Shown: one piece after another, positions 1 through 10,379 of the stretch
Numbering within the stretch: the stretch's first letter is position 1
How the letters are laid out: each line of letters opens with the position of its first letter
Assembly: GCA_026706595.1 (NCBI GenBank)
Contig: JAPOYL010000009.1
Coordinates: forward strand, 22,687 to 86,686
Direction of reading: 5' to 3'
From: Gammaproteobacteria bacterium
GTDB lineage: Bacteria; Pseudomonadota; Gammaproteobacteria; UBA4575
DNA length: 64,000 nucleotides
Notes under the pieces: model-generated
Database searches by the model: none
Seen by the model: only the letters and a program-made list of their open reading frames with translations
What the model was told of the DNA's origin: nothing
Position numbers and translations under genes: made by a program

Positions 1-1
1 G

Positions 2-3000
2 ACAGCCAAACTCCCTGATCGGGGTGTGATTGTAGCCCGCGGCCCCGCCCGGGTGCATGAAGCTCCGGGCATGTGGGTTCTGATGGCGGATGAGGGCGGG
101 ACCGCTGCACATCTAGCGCACGAGCTTGCAGACCGCAATCAGACGGTGGTGCTGGCAGGCCCCGGTTTTGACAAGGCTGCCGAATTCAAGGTGTGCGGCC
201 CCGGCGTGCATGAGGTGTACGTGGATGCGATGATGCGCGAGTCTTGGCAGCAACTTGTGGAGCACTTGCCAGGTGATTTGCCCTTCAGCGGGGTGGTGCA
301 TTTCGCAGGACTCGACGGGCATGGCATGCAGGCGAGTACTGCGGAAATTGCAGGAGATGTCGAGCGCAACGGGGCGAGCGCGCTGGCCCTGGTGCAGGGT
401 GTGGCCGATTCGGTCCGTGAGCCTGACAAGGGCATCTGGTTGATCACGCGGGGGGCGCAGATTCTGGAGCGAGAGCGCGGCGGGGAACTCGCCGGTGCGA
501 TCCTGTGGGGCTTCGGCAAGGCCGTGGACCGCGAGGCGGCGCACCTGCGCCCGCAGATGATCGACCTCGACCCGCAACCCGAAGCCTCATTGCCCGATCT
601 GGCCAATGAACTGCTGTATCCCGATGCCGAAAACCACATTGCCTATCGCCTGGGTCGACGGCAGGTGGCGCGCCTGGTCCGCTTTGCGGACGGCCCAGCG
701 CGCTTGGCACTGCCGAAGACGCCGGACTGGGTGCTGGCACCGGACCCGGGCGGCACATTCGATCGCCCCTGCGTGCAGTCCCTTGCCGCGCGCGCGCTGG
801 AACCCAGGGAGGTGCGTGTCGAAGTCGATGCGGCAGGTCTGAACTTCTGGGATGTTTTCCGCTCCCTCGGGTTCATAGAGGAGGGACTGCTCGGCCGGGA
901 GATGTGCGGGCGTGTCATCGAGGCTGGCTCCGAGGTGAGCAGCGCGATTGTCGGCAAGCGCGTAATAGGACTTGGTTTCGGCGCCTTCGGTCCGCAGATG
1001 GTCACGCGAGAGGAACTTGTCTCTGTTGCCCCTTCGGGGTATTCGGTCACCGAACTTGCGACGGTGCCGAGCGCGTATGTCTCCGCAGCACTCTCCTATG
1101 AACTTTCCGGACTGCAGGCCGGCGAGCGCGTATTGATTCATGCCGGTGCCGGCGGGGTTGGCCTTGCGGCCATCCAGCTTGCCCAGGCCGCAGGGGCCGA
1201 GGTGCTGGCAACGGCAAGCATGCCCAAGCAGGCGTACCTCAGATCACTGGGGGTCGTGCATCTGTTTGACAGCCGCACGACGGCCTTCGGGGAGCAGATC
1301 CTCGAAGTGACCGGCGGAGCCGGCGTGGACGTGGTGCTGAACAGCCTGACGAGCGAAGGATTTATCGATGCCAGCCTGTCCTGTTTGCGCCAGGGAGGCC
1401 GGTTCGTGGAACTGGCCCGCAGGGACATCCTGAGCCCAGAGGAGATGGCAGCGGTGCGCCCGGATGTGGGTTATGACATCCTGGAGCTCGATGTCCTGAA
1501 AAAGACGGATCCGGCATGGGTCGGGCGGGTGCTGGACGATGTTACGAGGCAGCTCGCTTCAGGCGAAATCGGGCCGATCGTGCACAGCCGGTGGCCTCTG
1601 GCTGAAGCGGGAGCTGCCCTGCGGTTCATGCGGTCTGCCCGGCATCTGGGAAAGATTGTTGTCACGGCACCGCCGCTGGCGACAGGCCGGCTGCGCCAGG
1701 ACGCCACCTACCTTGTAACCGGTGGCCTGGGCGGGATCGGCATTGCCGTGGCCGACTGGCTGGTCGGGCAGGGTGCCGGGACCCTCGTGCTGAATGGGCG
1801 CCGCAGCCCGGATGCCGAGGCCGAGGCCGCGATCCGGGAGCTTCGCGAACGCGGGGCATCGATCCACGTGGAGATTGCGGACGTGACAGATGCCTCGGCG
1901 ATGGACCGGATGATGTCGCACATCGACCAGGAACTGCCACCTCTGGCCGGTGTGATTCATAGCGTCGGGGTGCTGTCGGACGGGGCACTGACAAATCAGA
2001 GCTGGGAGCGATTCGAACGGGTACTGGGGCCGAAGATCCTGGGTGCCTGGCACCTGCATCGCTCGACTCTGGATCGTGACCTCGATTTTTTCATTCTTTT
2101 TTCAAGCCGCGTGGGCGTGATGGGGAATCCAGGCCAGGCGAACCACGCCGCAGCCAATGCCTTTCTGGACCAGTTGGCCGGCCATCGGCGCGCCCTGGGG
2201 CTTGCCGGACAGGCGATTGCCTGGGGCGCATGGTCCGAGATCGGCGAAGCTGCAGAACAAAAAGACCGCATCGAACGCCAGCGCTCTGCACTGGGTGGAC
2301 GCTGGTTCACCCCGCAGCAAGGTCTCAAGGCCCTTGAACGGCTGGTGCGCCAGGATGTTACGACCTCCGTGGTGATGTCGATGGACTGGTCGGTGTTCGA
2401 GAAGGCCGTCAGTGCGCGACCTCCGTTTCTTGAGGAGATGCTTGTGACAGACGACGAGGCCGAAGCCGGTGCTGTGGCCTCGTCGGCCGATGTGATGGCC
2501 CGGCTGCAGCAAACCCCAGCCTCTGAACGGGGCCGCCTGCTGGAGTCGTATCTGCAGGGGGAGGTACAGGCGGTGCTGCGCCTGCCTTCGGCTCCGGAGC
2601 CCGCCGTCGGTTTTTTCGATCTCGGTATGGATTCGCTGATGGCCGTAGAACTGCGAAACCGCCTGAACCGGGCCTTCTCGGATGAGTACACTGCCTCCAA
2701 CACGGTGGTGTTCGATTACCCGGACATCATCTCGCTGGCCCGCCACCTGTCCGAGGAACTGGGCGAAGTCAAAGGGACCCCCGCGCCTCAGGTCCAGCCT
2801 GCCCCGGTGTCCGTATCCGAAGATGCATCGATCGAGGGGGGCATTGCGATCATCGGCATGGCCTGCCGGTTCCCGGGTGCCCGCAATCTTGCCGAATTCT
2901 GGCAGGTGCTCGATGAGGGGCGCGAAACCGTGAGTGACGGGCGCGAGGACACCGGTTTATGGGGTGGGGTGCTGGGGGATCCTGCAATACGCGATGCTGG

Positions 3001-4684
3001 CTACCAGCGTGGCGGGTTCATTGAGGGTATCGATCACTTCGATGCACGCTTTTTCGGCATCCGGCCGATTGAGGCACACAGCATGGACCCACAGCAACGG
3101 ATGCTGCTCGAGACGAGCTGGCAGGCACTCGAGGATGCCGGCATTGATCCTGAGCAGTTGCGGGGCAGTCCCACCGGGGTCTATGCCGGAATTGCTTCCA
3201 GCGAATACCGGGACCTGATGATGGACAGTGGTGGCCCCAGCTATCTCGGCACGGCAGGGAGCATGGCGGTCGGGCGTGTCTCGTTTTGCCTGGGCCTGGA
3301 GGGACCGGCCATGCCGGTCATGCTCAACTGCGCTTCATCTTTGGTCGCCATACATCATGCCGTAGCGAGCTTGCTCCAGGGCGAGGTGGACCTGGCGCTG
3401 GCCGGCGGAGTCAACGCGATCCTTTCGAGTGGGCTGACCCGTGAACTTGCCGAACTCGGAATGCTGTCGCGTGATGGACGATGCAAGACGTTCAATGCCT
3501 CGGCGGACGGGTTTGTACGCAGTGAAGGTTGTGGAATGATCGTCCTCAAGCGTCTTGATGAGGCGCAGGCAGATTGCGATCGAATCTGGGGCGTGATCCG
3601 CGGCTCGGCCATCAACCACAGCGGGGCGAGTGCAGGGCCTACAGTGCCGACGGGTCCGACGAAGGAACGGGTCATCGAGGAGGCGCTTGCCGGAGCATGT
3701 ATCTCACCGCACGAAGTGGACTATCTCGAGGCGCACGGAGGCGGTTCGGAGCTGGGTGATTCCATTGAAGTCAATGCTTCTGCGAGGGTCTACGGGCGCG
3801 AGCGGGAGGCGGACGATCCCCTGTTGATCGGTTCGGTGAAGACGAACCTCGGACATCTGGAATCCGCTGCCGGCATTGCGGCGCTCATCAAGACGGTGCT
3901 GGCAATGGATCGGCACAGGATTCCGCAACACCTGCATTTTCGTGACCCGAACCCGCACACGGACTGGGAGCAGTTGCCGGTGAAAGTGGTTTCTGAGGCC
4001 ATGGACTGGCCTCGGCATGAGGGTCGACCTGCGCGTGCAGGGGTCAGCGCATTCGGAATCTCCGGAACCAATGCCCACGTGGTGGTCGAAGGGTATCAGG
4101 CGTCGGAGGATGCCTCGTACCCAGAGCATCCGCGATCTTCTCCCGCAGGAAATGCACAACTGGTGACGTTGCCCCCGTCGGATTCATCCCGGGAGACCCC
4201 CTCTGAAATACCTGCAACCGACTTGCGAAAGACCCGCCTGTTGCCGCTTTCTGGCAAGTCTGAAGGCGTTCTCAGGGAACTGGCCGAAGCGTATCTTGCC
4301 TGGCTCGATGCACACTCGAAGGAGCTTTCGGATGATGACAGTGCATCCGGCCCCCTGCTTTCGGATATGGCATGGACGGCCAGTACGGGACGCGCCCACT
4401 TCGCTCATCGGGCCGGTGTCCTGTTCAGTGACGTGGCCTCGCTCCGGGCTCAACTTCAGTCACTTGCCAGGGGCACTGGCAAAGAGGTGCCCGCAGCGGC
4501 AGCGAAGGAAAACTCCCATGATGTGCAGACGGATGAAGTGCCTTCCTTCATGCTGGAAGTTGCAGAAGCCTACGAGGCAGGGCAAGCGGTTTCGCTCGCA
4601 GGTCTTTTTGAAGGCGAGATGCGAAGGCGAATTTCTGTGCCGGACTATCCATTCGAACGGCAGAGGTTTTGGGTCAAGGCCTAA
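2..4684 (+). CDS. Type I polyketide synthase, 5'-truncated at the window edge. Domains: psiKR/ER (~713-1661), KR (~1706-2276), ACP (~2540-2770), KS (~2846-4110), then an AT-less post-KS linker to the stop.
   Basis: The reading frame is open from nt 2. The ER region is quinone-oxidoreductase-like (GxGxxG in 'HAGAGGVGLAAIQ'). The KR Rossmann motif is 'TGGLGGIGIAVADWL'. The ACP Ser motif is 'LGMDSLMAVELRNRL'. The KS has Cys in 'NCASSLVAIHHA', 'EAHGGGSELGD' and 'KTNLGHLESAAG'. The C-terminus ends with the 'YPFERQRFW' linker motif. No acyltransferase GHSxG domain follows. Confidence 0.85.
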   Translation, partial: TAKLPDRGVIVARGPARVHEAPGMWVLMADEGGTAAHLAHELADRNQTVVLAGPGFDKAAEFKVCGPGVHEVYVDAMMRESWQQLVEHLPGDLPFSGVVHFAGLDGHGMQASTAEIAGDVERNGASALALVQGVADSVREPDKGIWLITRGAQILERERGGELAGAILWGFGKAVDREAAHLRPQMIDLDPQPEASLPDLANELLYPDAENHIAYRLGRRQVARLVRFADGPARLALPKTPDWVLAPDPGGTFDRPCVQSLAARALEPREVRVEVDAAGLNFWDVFRSLGFIEEGLLGREMCGRVIEAGSEVSSAIVGKRVIGLGFGAFGPQMVTREELVSVAPSGYSVTELATVPSAYVSAALSYELSGLQAGERVLIHAGAGGVGLAAIQLAQAAGAEVLATASMPKQAYLRSLGVVHLFDSRTTAFGEQILEVTGGAGVDVVLNSLTSEGFIDASLSCLRQGGRFVELARRDILSPEEMAAVRPDVGYDILELDVLKKTDPAWVGRVLDDVTRQLASGEIGPIVHSRWPLAEAGAALRFMRSARHLGKIVVTAPPLATGRLRQDATYLVTGGLGGIGIAVADWLVGQGAGTLVLNGRRSPDAEAEAAIRELRERGASIHVEIADVTDASAMDRMMSHIDQELPPLAGVIHSVGVLSDGALTNQSWERFERVLGPKILGAWHLHRSTLDRDLDFFILFSSRVGVMGNPGQANHAAANAFLDQLAGHRRALGLAGQAIAWGAWSEIGEAAEQKDRIERQRSALGGRWFTPQQGLKALERLVRQDVTTSVVMSMDWSVFEKAVSARPPFLEEMLVTDDEAEAGAVASSADVMARLQQTPASERGRLLESYLQGEVQAVLRLPSAPEPAVGFFDLGMDSLMAVELRNRLNRAFSDEYTASNTVVFDYPDIISLARHLSEELGEVKGTPAPQVQPAPVSVSEDASIEGGIAIIGMACRFPGARNLAEFWQVLDEGRETVSDGREDTGLWGGVLGDPAIRDAGYQRGGFIEGIDHFDARFFGIRPIEAHSMDPQQRMLLETSWQALEDAGIDPEQLRGSPTGVYAGIASSEYRDLMMDSGGPSYLGTAGSMAVGRVSFCLGLEGPAMPVMLNCASSLVAIHHAVASLLQGEVDLALAGGVNAILSSGLTRELAELGMLSRDGRCKTFNASADGFVRSEGCGMIVLKRLDEAQADCDRIWGVIRGSAINHSGASAGPTVPTGPTKERVIEEALAGACISPHEVDYLEAHGGGSELGDSIEVNASARVYGREREADDPLLIGSVKTNLGHLESAAGIAALIKTVLAMDRHRIPQHLHFRDPNPHTDWEQLPVKVVSEAMDWPRHEGRPARAGVSAFGISGTNAHVVVEGYQASEDASYPEHPRSSPAGNAQLVTLPPSDSSRETPSEIPATDLRKTRLLPLSGKSEGVLRELAEAYLAWLDAHSKELSDDDSASGPLLSDMAWTASTGRAHFAHRAGVLFSDVASLRAQLQSLARGTGKEVPAAAAKENSHDVQTDEVPSFMLEVAEAYEAGQAVSLAGLFEGEMRRRISVPDYPFERQRFWVKA

Positions 4685-4738
4685 CGCACTTCGCGATCAC
4701 GGGTCTGTTTTGACGAGTTGTGGGTACCACAGCCGCCT

Positions 4739-5635
4739 TCAGGCGTCGGGCAACTGTTGCTGTTCCTGGAATTCTCGCACCGCTGATACACAGTCCACCG
4801 GCTTTTCCAGTTGAAGAAGGTGTGTGGTCTCAGGGATGAAATCATAATCGACAGTCAGGACGTCGCTGAGATCGAACGTCGGCAGATAGGCATACGGCAA
4901 GGTCGGGTCCGCGCCGATGACCTTCGTCGGACACGGGAGCGTTTCAAAATCCACCAGCGGGGAAAAGCTGCGGACATAATCGGTGATCTGGGCTTCGTAT
5001 TCGCGTGGGCAGCGCAACTCATACCCCAACCCGTCGGGAACCTCGCGAAGCGTAGTCTTGGCCATGAGCTCCCGGACCCCGGGAACCACATGGGTGAAGG
5101 TCGGGATGTAGCTCAGGAAATCAGAAAATTCTTCCTCTGTCTGGAATCGGTATCCACGTCGGCGCGTCAGCGATGCAGCGTGTTCGGCAGCTACGTCAAA
5201 TTCGGTCTGGCTGGCACCAGGCTTGCATACGGGCGGGTCGAAAAGAATCTGTGCCGAGCAGCTGTTGTCCTGCGGTGCCGTCAGCAGCGAGATCAGCGCC
5301 GCGACGGAGTGTAATACCCCGATCTTGGGCTTGTTGCCATAGTGGCGGTCGATGGATTCCAGTATCAGGGCATAATCCTGTATCAGCACGGGCACGTTGT
5401 GATCGCGGCGTTCGCCCACGGAATTCCAGCCATGGTTTCTAAGGTCGTAGAGGATCAGCTCAAAGTCCTCGGCAAGCAGCGACCAGAACGGGTAGTACAG
5501 GTCAATGGCGAGACCGTTGCCATGACACAGCACGAGTCGAGGCCCGGACGGATTGCCGTGCTGTCGCAAGAGCGTGACTGTATTTTTATCCAGCCGGACT
5601 TCACACACTGAGATTGGTTCAGGAATTTCCCACAT
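4739..5635 (-). CDS. Alpha/beta-fold hydrolase, a candidate thioesterase or release enzyme for the adjacent PKS
   Basis: A 298-aa ORF with an oxyanion-hole 'LVLCHGNG' and nucleophile-elbow-like 'GVLHSVAA'. It is convergent with the PKS gene. Confidence 0.6.
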   Translation of the reverse strand: MWEIPEPISVCEVRLDKNTVTLLRQHGNPSGPRLVLCHGNGLAIDLYYPFWSLLAEDFELILYDLRNHGWNSVGERRDHNVPVLIQDYALILESIDRHYGNKPKIGVLHSVAALISLLTAPQDNSCSAQILFDPPVCKPGASQTEFDVAAEHAASLTRRRGYRFQTEEEFSDFLSYIPTFTHVVPGVRELMAKTTLREVPDGLGYELRCPREYEAQITDYVRSFSPLVDFETLPCPTKVIGADPTLPYAYLPTFDLSDVLTVDYDFIPETTHLLQLEKPVDCVSAVREFQEQQQLPDA

Positions 5636-5719
5636 GATCCTTATGAGGCAGGTCGCATTCTCGTTTTATCAGGTTCAAAAGACCGGACCGAATCGCTTGG
5701 TTCGTTTTCCGGGGCGGCA

Positions 5720-6457
5720 TCACACCGGGTTAAGTTCATGTGCCAGGGCTGCGGCAAAATTCGGGTCATCCAGGGATTCAAGCCACCACCGGACTTGCGG
5801 CAGCTGAGGGAAGCAGAATTCGCCTGCATTCATCTCCTGGCGCAGGGTTTTCGGAATTTCGATTCCTGACATGTCCAGCGAGAATCCCGTACCCAGTGCC
5901 TTGAGCAATGCTTCTTTCATCGTCCACAGGCGGAAAAACAAGTGGATTTTCTGCGGGCCGTGGGTCGCAGCAAGGTCCTCACGCTCGTTCGGGGTAAATA
6001 CCGACTGAATATCTTCATCCAGGTTCTGTTGCATGTTCCGTTCTTCCACGTCCACTCCGACACGTCCATGCAGGGCAAGCGCTACCAGCCCGTGCTGGTG
6101 GCTGTGGCTGACGTTGAAACCGATGCCCTCTTGTTCTCCATCCACCAGGGCATGGGGTTTTCCGTATTTCGATGTCCCAAAGGCGAGTTGTTCGTTGCGG
6201 CAGTCGAGATGTTTGCAGAGAATCGCACGCAATGCTGCACGGCACAAGCTGAATTCATACCGGGCACGGACATGGCGAAACCGGTGCCAACGTGCCTGTT
6301 CCTCGGAATCCAGCCACTCCAGCGCCTCGGCCTCACGAGTGTTGTGAGGCCGCAGGTCCACATGAAAAATTGTGGTATCCCGGGTTTTCCTGTACGGATG
6401 CCACCAGTCATTTGTTGCGGTGGCCAATTCCTTGTGCGTGCTCACCTTCAGGGGCAC
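5720..6457 (-). CDS. 4'-phosphopantetheinyl transferase, Sfp/EntD type
   Basis: PPTase signature motifs are present: 'GKPHAL', 'GFNVSHSHQHGLVA', 'GVDVEE' and 'WTMKEALLKALGTG'. Confidence 0.85.
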   Translation of the reverse strand: MPLKVSTHKELATATNDWWHPYRKTRDTTIFHVDLRPHNTREAEALEWLDSEEQARWHRFRHVRARYEFSLCRAALRAILCKHLDCRNEQLAFGTSKYGKPHALVDGEQEGIGFNVSHSHQHGLVALALHGRVGVDVEERNMQQNLDEDIQSVFTPNEREDLAATHGPQKIHLFFRLWTMKEALLKALGTGFSLDMSGIEIPKTLRQEMNAGEFCFPQLPQVRWWLESLDDPNFAAALAHELNPV

Positions 6458-6597
6458 AGGGTCGAGTCACGTTGTACGGTGCCCCGATTGTCCATGACCA
6501 TCGCAGTGTCTGCGTTTGTCCCGGCCTGGGAACTAGGGCACACGTGCACCACGATATCCGGATGCAGTTCTGCCTACATCCCTGAACCGGAAAAGGT

Positions 6598-6828
6598 TTA
6601 CCCGGAGTTTGAATCCAGATAGGCGGCCAGTTCCCGCAGAGACTGGAACTGGGAGAAGTCTTCAGGAGGGACTGTCACTCCGAATTCCTGGCTGACCTTC
6701 TTGATGAAGGCGACGGCATCCACAGAGGACACACCAGAGTCACCAAAGCGGGTGTCCATATCCGGTTCCCTGCCAGTATCCAGATTTTCATTTGCTAGTG
6801 CCATGAGGCGGTCTTCTGTTGAGGACAT
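6598..6828 (-). CDS. Stand-alone acyl carrier protein (PP-binding)
   Basis: A 76-aa acidic protein with 'FGDSGVSSVDAVAFIKKV', adjacent to the PPTase. Confidence 0.65.
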   Translation of the reverse strand: MSSTEDRLMALANENLDTGREPDMDTRFGDSGVSSVDAVAFIKKVSQEFGVTVPPEDFSQFQSLRELAAYLDSNSG

Positions 6829-7325
6829 GATGAGATTCTCCTGATTGTTTTAGTTGGTTTTTGGTGTAGACAGACCGGTATTTTAGGTGCAGGCACGTTT
6901 TCAGACAAGGGCGAGTGTAAGTCGCCAGTGATCCTGGGCGGGCATGCCACGGAATCGATCCTGGACGCGACCACTGGTCGTATACGGTTCTTAGGGTATG
7001 CGTTCGGAATTACTGCATCTTTTTGTGCGCATTTTTGAACGGATGTTGCCGGACTGCGTCTATACCTGTATAGGTTACTGTCGCTTCCCGAGAGCACCTG
7101 TCCGTGTCATGACTTGTCTGGGGCTTTCACTTACAATGACAGAACAGGAAACTGCCTGGGTCGGGGAGCGCAGTCCATCTGAATTGATTTGTCAAGATTG
7201 GCGGGAGTCCGTATGTCTGTACCGGTGAATGAGGAAGGAAGCCATACGGCTTCGGCCGACCGTCCGGTCCGGGTTCCTGCCGCAGGCGCAATGATGTCAG
7301 GCGGTCGCTTTCCCCTACAGGGCTC

Positions 7326-9770
7326 ATGGCCTATTTCCTGAAGCTTTTGCGCCTTGCGCTGGGGGCTTTTCTTGCCATCATTGTGGCAGTACTCGCCACC
7401 TACATATACCTGGCACCTTCCCTGCCGGGGGTGGCTGTGCTCAGGGACGTGGAACTGCAGGTGCCGCTCAAGGTGTACAGCCGGGACGGCAAGCTGATTG
7501 CCGTGTATGGAGAGCAAAGGCGTGAACCCCTGGGGGTGGATGAGATCCCGGAATTGCTGGTCCAGGCATTTCTTGCCGCAGAGGATGACCGCTTTTACGA
7601 GCACCTGGGGGTCGATTATCAGGGCCTGGCCCGTGCTGCGCTTTATGTATTGCTGACCGGAGAAAAACGACAGGGTGGCAGTACCGTCACGATGCAGCTG
7701 GCCCGGAACTTCTTTCTGGACAATGAGCGTACCTACCGACGCAAACTCAAGGAAATTTTCCTGGCTCTCAGGATCGAGCACGAGTTCAACAAAAACGAAA
7801 TCCTCGAGCTGTACCTGAACAAGATCTACCTGGGGAACCGGGCCTACGGTGTGGGTGCAGCGGCCGAGGTCTATTACGGGCGCAGCGTGCATGATCTGAA
7901 TCTTGCACAGATCGCCATGATTGCAGGATTGCCCAAGGCCCCTTCGAGGTTTAACCCGATCGTCAACCCCGAGCGTGCCGTCATTCGCCGCAATTACGTG
8001 CTCGGCAGAATGCACAAGCTTGAATTCATTGATGATGACGCCTATCACAAGATGCTGGATGAGCCGGTGAGCGCATCGGTCCACTACCCGAGGGTCGAGA
8101 TGAATGCCCCGTACATTGGAGAGATGGCACGCGCGCAGATGTTCGGGGAATACGGGGCCGAGGCCTATACCAAGGGCTACCGCGTGTACACGACGATCAA
8201 CAGCAAACTCCAGCGCCAGGCCCAACTGGCCTTGAGAAATGGATTGCACGCCTACGATCGGCGACATGGCTGGCGGGGTGCGGAGTCCCATCTGGAACTG
8301 GAGTTCACAGGCGATGACGTGGACCAGATCGCGTTTGAAAAGCTGGATGAGGTGATACTGGACATGGACCTGATCGGAGGGTTGATGCCGGCCGTGGTGA
8401 CCCGGGTGGAGCCCCTGGAGATCGAGGCGTATCTGGGTGAGCAGCAGTTTGCCGTGGTTTCGATCGACCAGGCCAAGTGGGCCAGGCCCTATATCAGCGA
8501 AAATACCATGGGGGAGGCACCGGAAGACTTCACCGGAGTGCTTGCACCGGGGGATGTGATCCGGATCACCCGAGCAGGTACTGGCGAGTGGGCACTGAGC
8601 CAGGTTCCCGAGGCGGCCGGGGCCTTCGTCGCGATCGACCCTCAAAACGGCAGTGTGCTGGCTCTGGTCGGCGGGTACGATTACCTGCACAGCAAATTCA
8701 ATCGCGTCACCCAGGCGAAACGTCAGCCCGGCTCAAGTTTCAAGCCGTTCATCTATTCAGCCGCACTTGAGTCAGGCTTCACGCCTGCCAGTATCATCAA
8801 CGATGCACCGGTGGTGCATGATGGCAGTGGCCTGGAGAGTGCCTGGCGCCCGAAAAATTACAGCGGCAAGTTTTTCGGACCGACCCGTCTTCGCGAGGCC
8901 CTGGTGAAGTCCCGCAACATGGTTTCAATCCGTGTGCTGCGAAGCGTGGGCCACCGTTACACCGAGCAGCACATCACCAACTTTGGTTTTGGCCCGGAGC
9001 AACTGCCCCAGGGCTTGTCCCTGGCACTGGGTTCCGGTGTAGCGACGCCTATGGAGATGGCTCGAGGCTATGCTGTGTTTGCCAATGGCGGTCACTATGT
9101 CGAACCGTTCGTGATCGAAAGGATCGAAGACGTCAGGGGTGAAGTTCTGTTTCGCTCCAGTCCCCTGATGGTATGCGAGGCAGACTGTCTGGACTTGCAG
9201 CAACAGCTGTATAGCAGCGGCGAGGAAATCATCGGCGAGGACGGGGCAGCAGAGCTGGGCATGCGGGTCGCAGAGCGCGTGCTGCCCAAGGAGAACGCCT
9301 ATCAGATGGTAAGCATGATGCATGATGTCATACAGAGTGGCACCGGCAGGCGCGCGCGCCAGCTGGGGCGCAGTGATCTTGCGGGTAAAACGGGCACGAC
9401 AAACGAACAGAGGGATGCATGGTTCTGTGGTTTCAATGGTGATATCGTGGCAATTGCCTGGGTGGGGTTTGATCAGCACAAACCGCTCGGACGCAAGGAA
9501 GTTGGGAGTGTCACGGCGTTACCGATATGGATCGAATTCATGCGTGCCGCCCTTCAGGGCAAGCCGGAGAACAAACTGAAGCGACCGGAGACGATTGTCA
9601 GTGTGCGCATCGACCCTGCCACTGGACAACGGGTGGATTCGGGTAATGAGCAGGGTATCGATGAGACCTTCCGTATGGGGTATGTTCCGGCCGAAGGCTC
9701 CGGACCCGGCACACCGCCGGCATATCCGCGAAATGACGGGGGGATGGGAACTCCAGAACAGCTTTTTTGA
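7326..9770 (+). CDS. mrcA: Penicillin-binding protein 1A (bifunctional transglycosylase/transpeptidase)
   Basis: An N-terminal TM helix. Glycosyltransferase motifs 'EDDRFYEH' and 'GGSTVTMQLARNFF'. Transpeptidase 'SSFKPF', 'SRN' and 'KTGTT'. Confidence 0.9.
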   Translation: MAYFLKLLRLALGAFLAIIVAVLATYIYLAPSLPGVAVLRDVELQVPLKVYSRDGKLIAVYGEQRREPLGVDEIPELLVQAFLAAEDDRFYEHLGVDYQGLARAALYVLLTGEKRQGGSTVTMQLARNFFLDNERTYRRKLKEIFLALRIEHEFNKNEILELYLNKIYLGNRAYGVGAAAEVYYGRSVHDLNLAQIAMIAGLPKAPSRFNPIVNPERAVIRRNYVLGRMHKLEFIDDDAYHKMLDEPVSASVHYPRVEMNAPYIGEMARAQMFGEYGAEAYTKGYRVYTTINSKLQRQAQLALRNGLHAYDRRHGWRGAESHLELEFTGDDVDQIAFEKLDEVILDMDLIGGLMPAVVTRVEPLEIEAYLGEQQFAVVSIDQAKWARPYISENTMGEAPEDFTGVLAPGDVIRITRAGTGEWALSQVPEAAGAFVAIDPQNGSVLALVGGYDYLHSKFNRVTQAKRQPGSSFKPFIYSAALESGFTPASIINDAPVVHDGSGLESAWRPKNYSGKFFGPTRLREALVKSRNMVSIRVLRSVGHRYTEQHITNFGFGPEQLPQGLSLALGSGVATPMEMARGYAVFANGGHYVEPFVIERIEDVRGEVLFRSSPLMVCEADCLDLQQQLYSSGEEIIGEDGAAELGMRVAERVLPKENAYQMVSMMHDVIQSGTGRRARQLGRSDLAGKTGTTNEQRDAWFCGFNGDIVAIAWVGFDQHKPLGRKEVGSVTALPIWIEFMRAALQGKPENKLKRPETIVSVRIDPATGQRVDSGNEQGIDETFRMGYVPAEGSGPGTPPAYPRNDGGMGTPEQLF

Positions 9771-9776
9771 AGAATC

Positions 9777-10379
9777 GTGGCTGTAAGAAAACAGGACCGG
9801 CTTCGGCAAAAGCTCGCCCAGGAGGCCGCCAGGATCATTGTCAGCGAAGGGGTGCACGACTACCAGAAAGCCAAGTGCAAGGCTCGCGAACGCTTGCATG
9901 CATTGCAGGGTGTGGCGTTACCCAGCAATGTCGAGATCGAGTCTGCCATCCGTTCATTTGCACGGACTTTTTTACCGGACCATGAGGGAATTCTTCGGAG
10001 CCTGCGATGTACGGCTCTGACCGTGATGAACTGGCTGACTCCGTATCACCCCTACCTGACCGGCCCCGTGCTGGAAGGCACCGCGGGTGCAGAAACACCG
10101 ATCAGCCTGCATGTCTCCTGTGATTGTCCCGAAGAAGTCCTGGCAGTGCTGCAGCGACGCGGCCTGGTCGTCCGGTTGGCAGACCGGCATTTCAGGCAAA
10201 ACCGCCACTACACCTGCCTGCCGGTTTTGGTGTTCGCGTATCGTGAGCACGAAATCGACATCACTGTCTTCAGCTTGCGGCAGCAGCACCAGCCTCCGAA
10301 AAGCAAGACGCATCACCGCAGTGCGCAAAGGATAAATGGAAAGGCGCTGGCCAGTCTGCTTGGGCAAGCCCGCAGCTAG
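9777..10379 (+). CDS. Conserved hypothetical protein (200 aa)
   Basis: A long ORF with coding-like codon usage that abuts the mrcA stop. No motif recognised. Confidence 0.45.
   Translation: MAVRKQDRLRQKLAQEAARIIVSEGVHDYQKAKCKARERLHALQGVALPSNVEIESAIRSFARTFLPDHEGILRSLRCTALTVMNWLTPYHPYLTGPVLEGTAGAETPISLHVSCDCPEEVLAVLQRRGLVVRLADRHFRQNRHYTCLPVLVFAYREHEIDITVFSLRQQHQPPKSKTHHRSAQRINGKALASLLGQARS

Noticed and set aside
7131-8690. A 519-aa ORF antisense to mrcA. Similar long antisense ORFs occur at 23971..25593 (opposite the M16 peptidase), 38445..40730 (opposite the DedA-oxidoreductase), 33452..34285 (opposite the desaturase) and 22672..23616 (opposite ftsY).
   Set aside because: These are high-GC antisense frames of well-supported genes. 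The sense strands carry unambiguous catalytic motifs and the antisense translations are low-complexity and Arg/Gly/Pro-rich.
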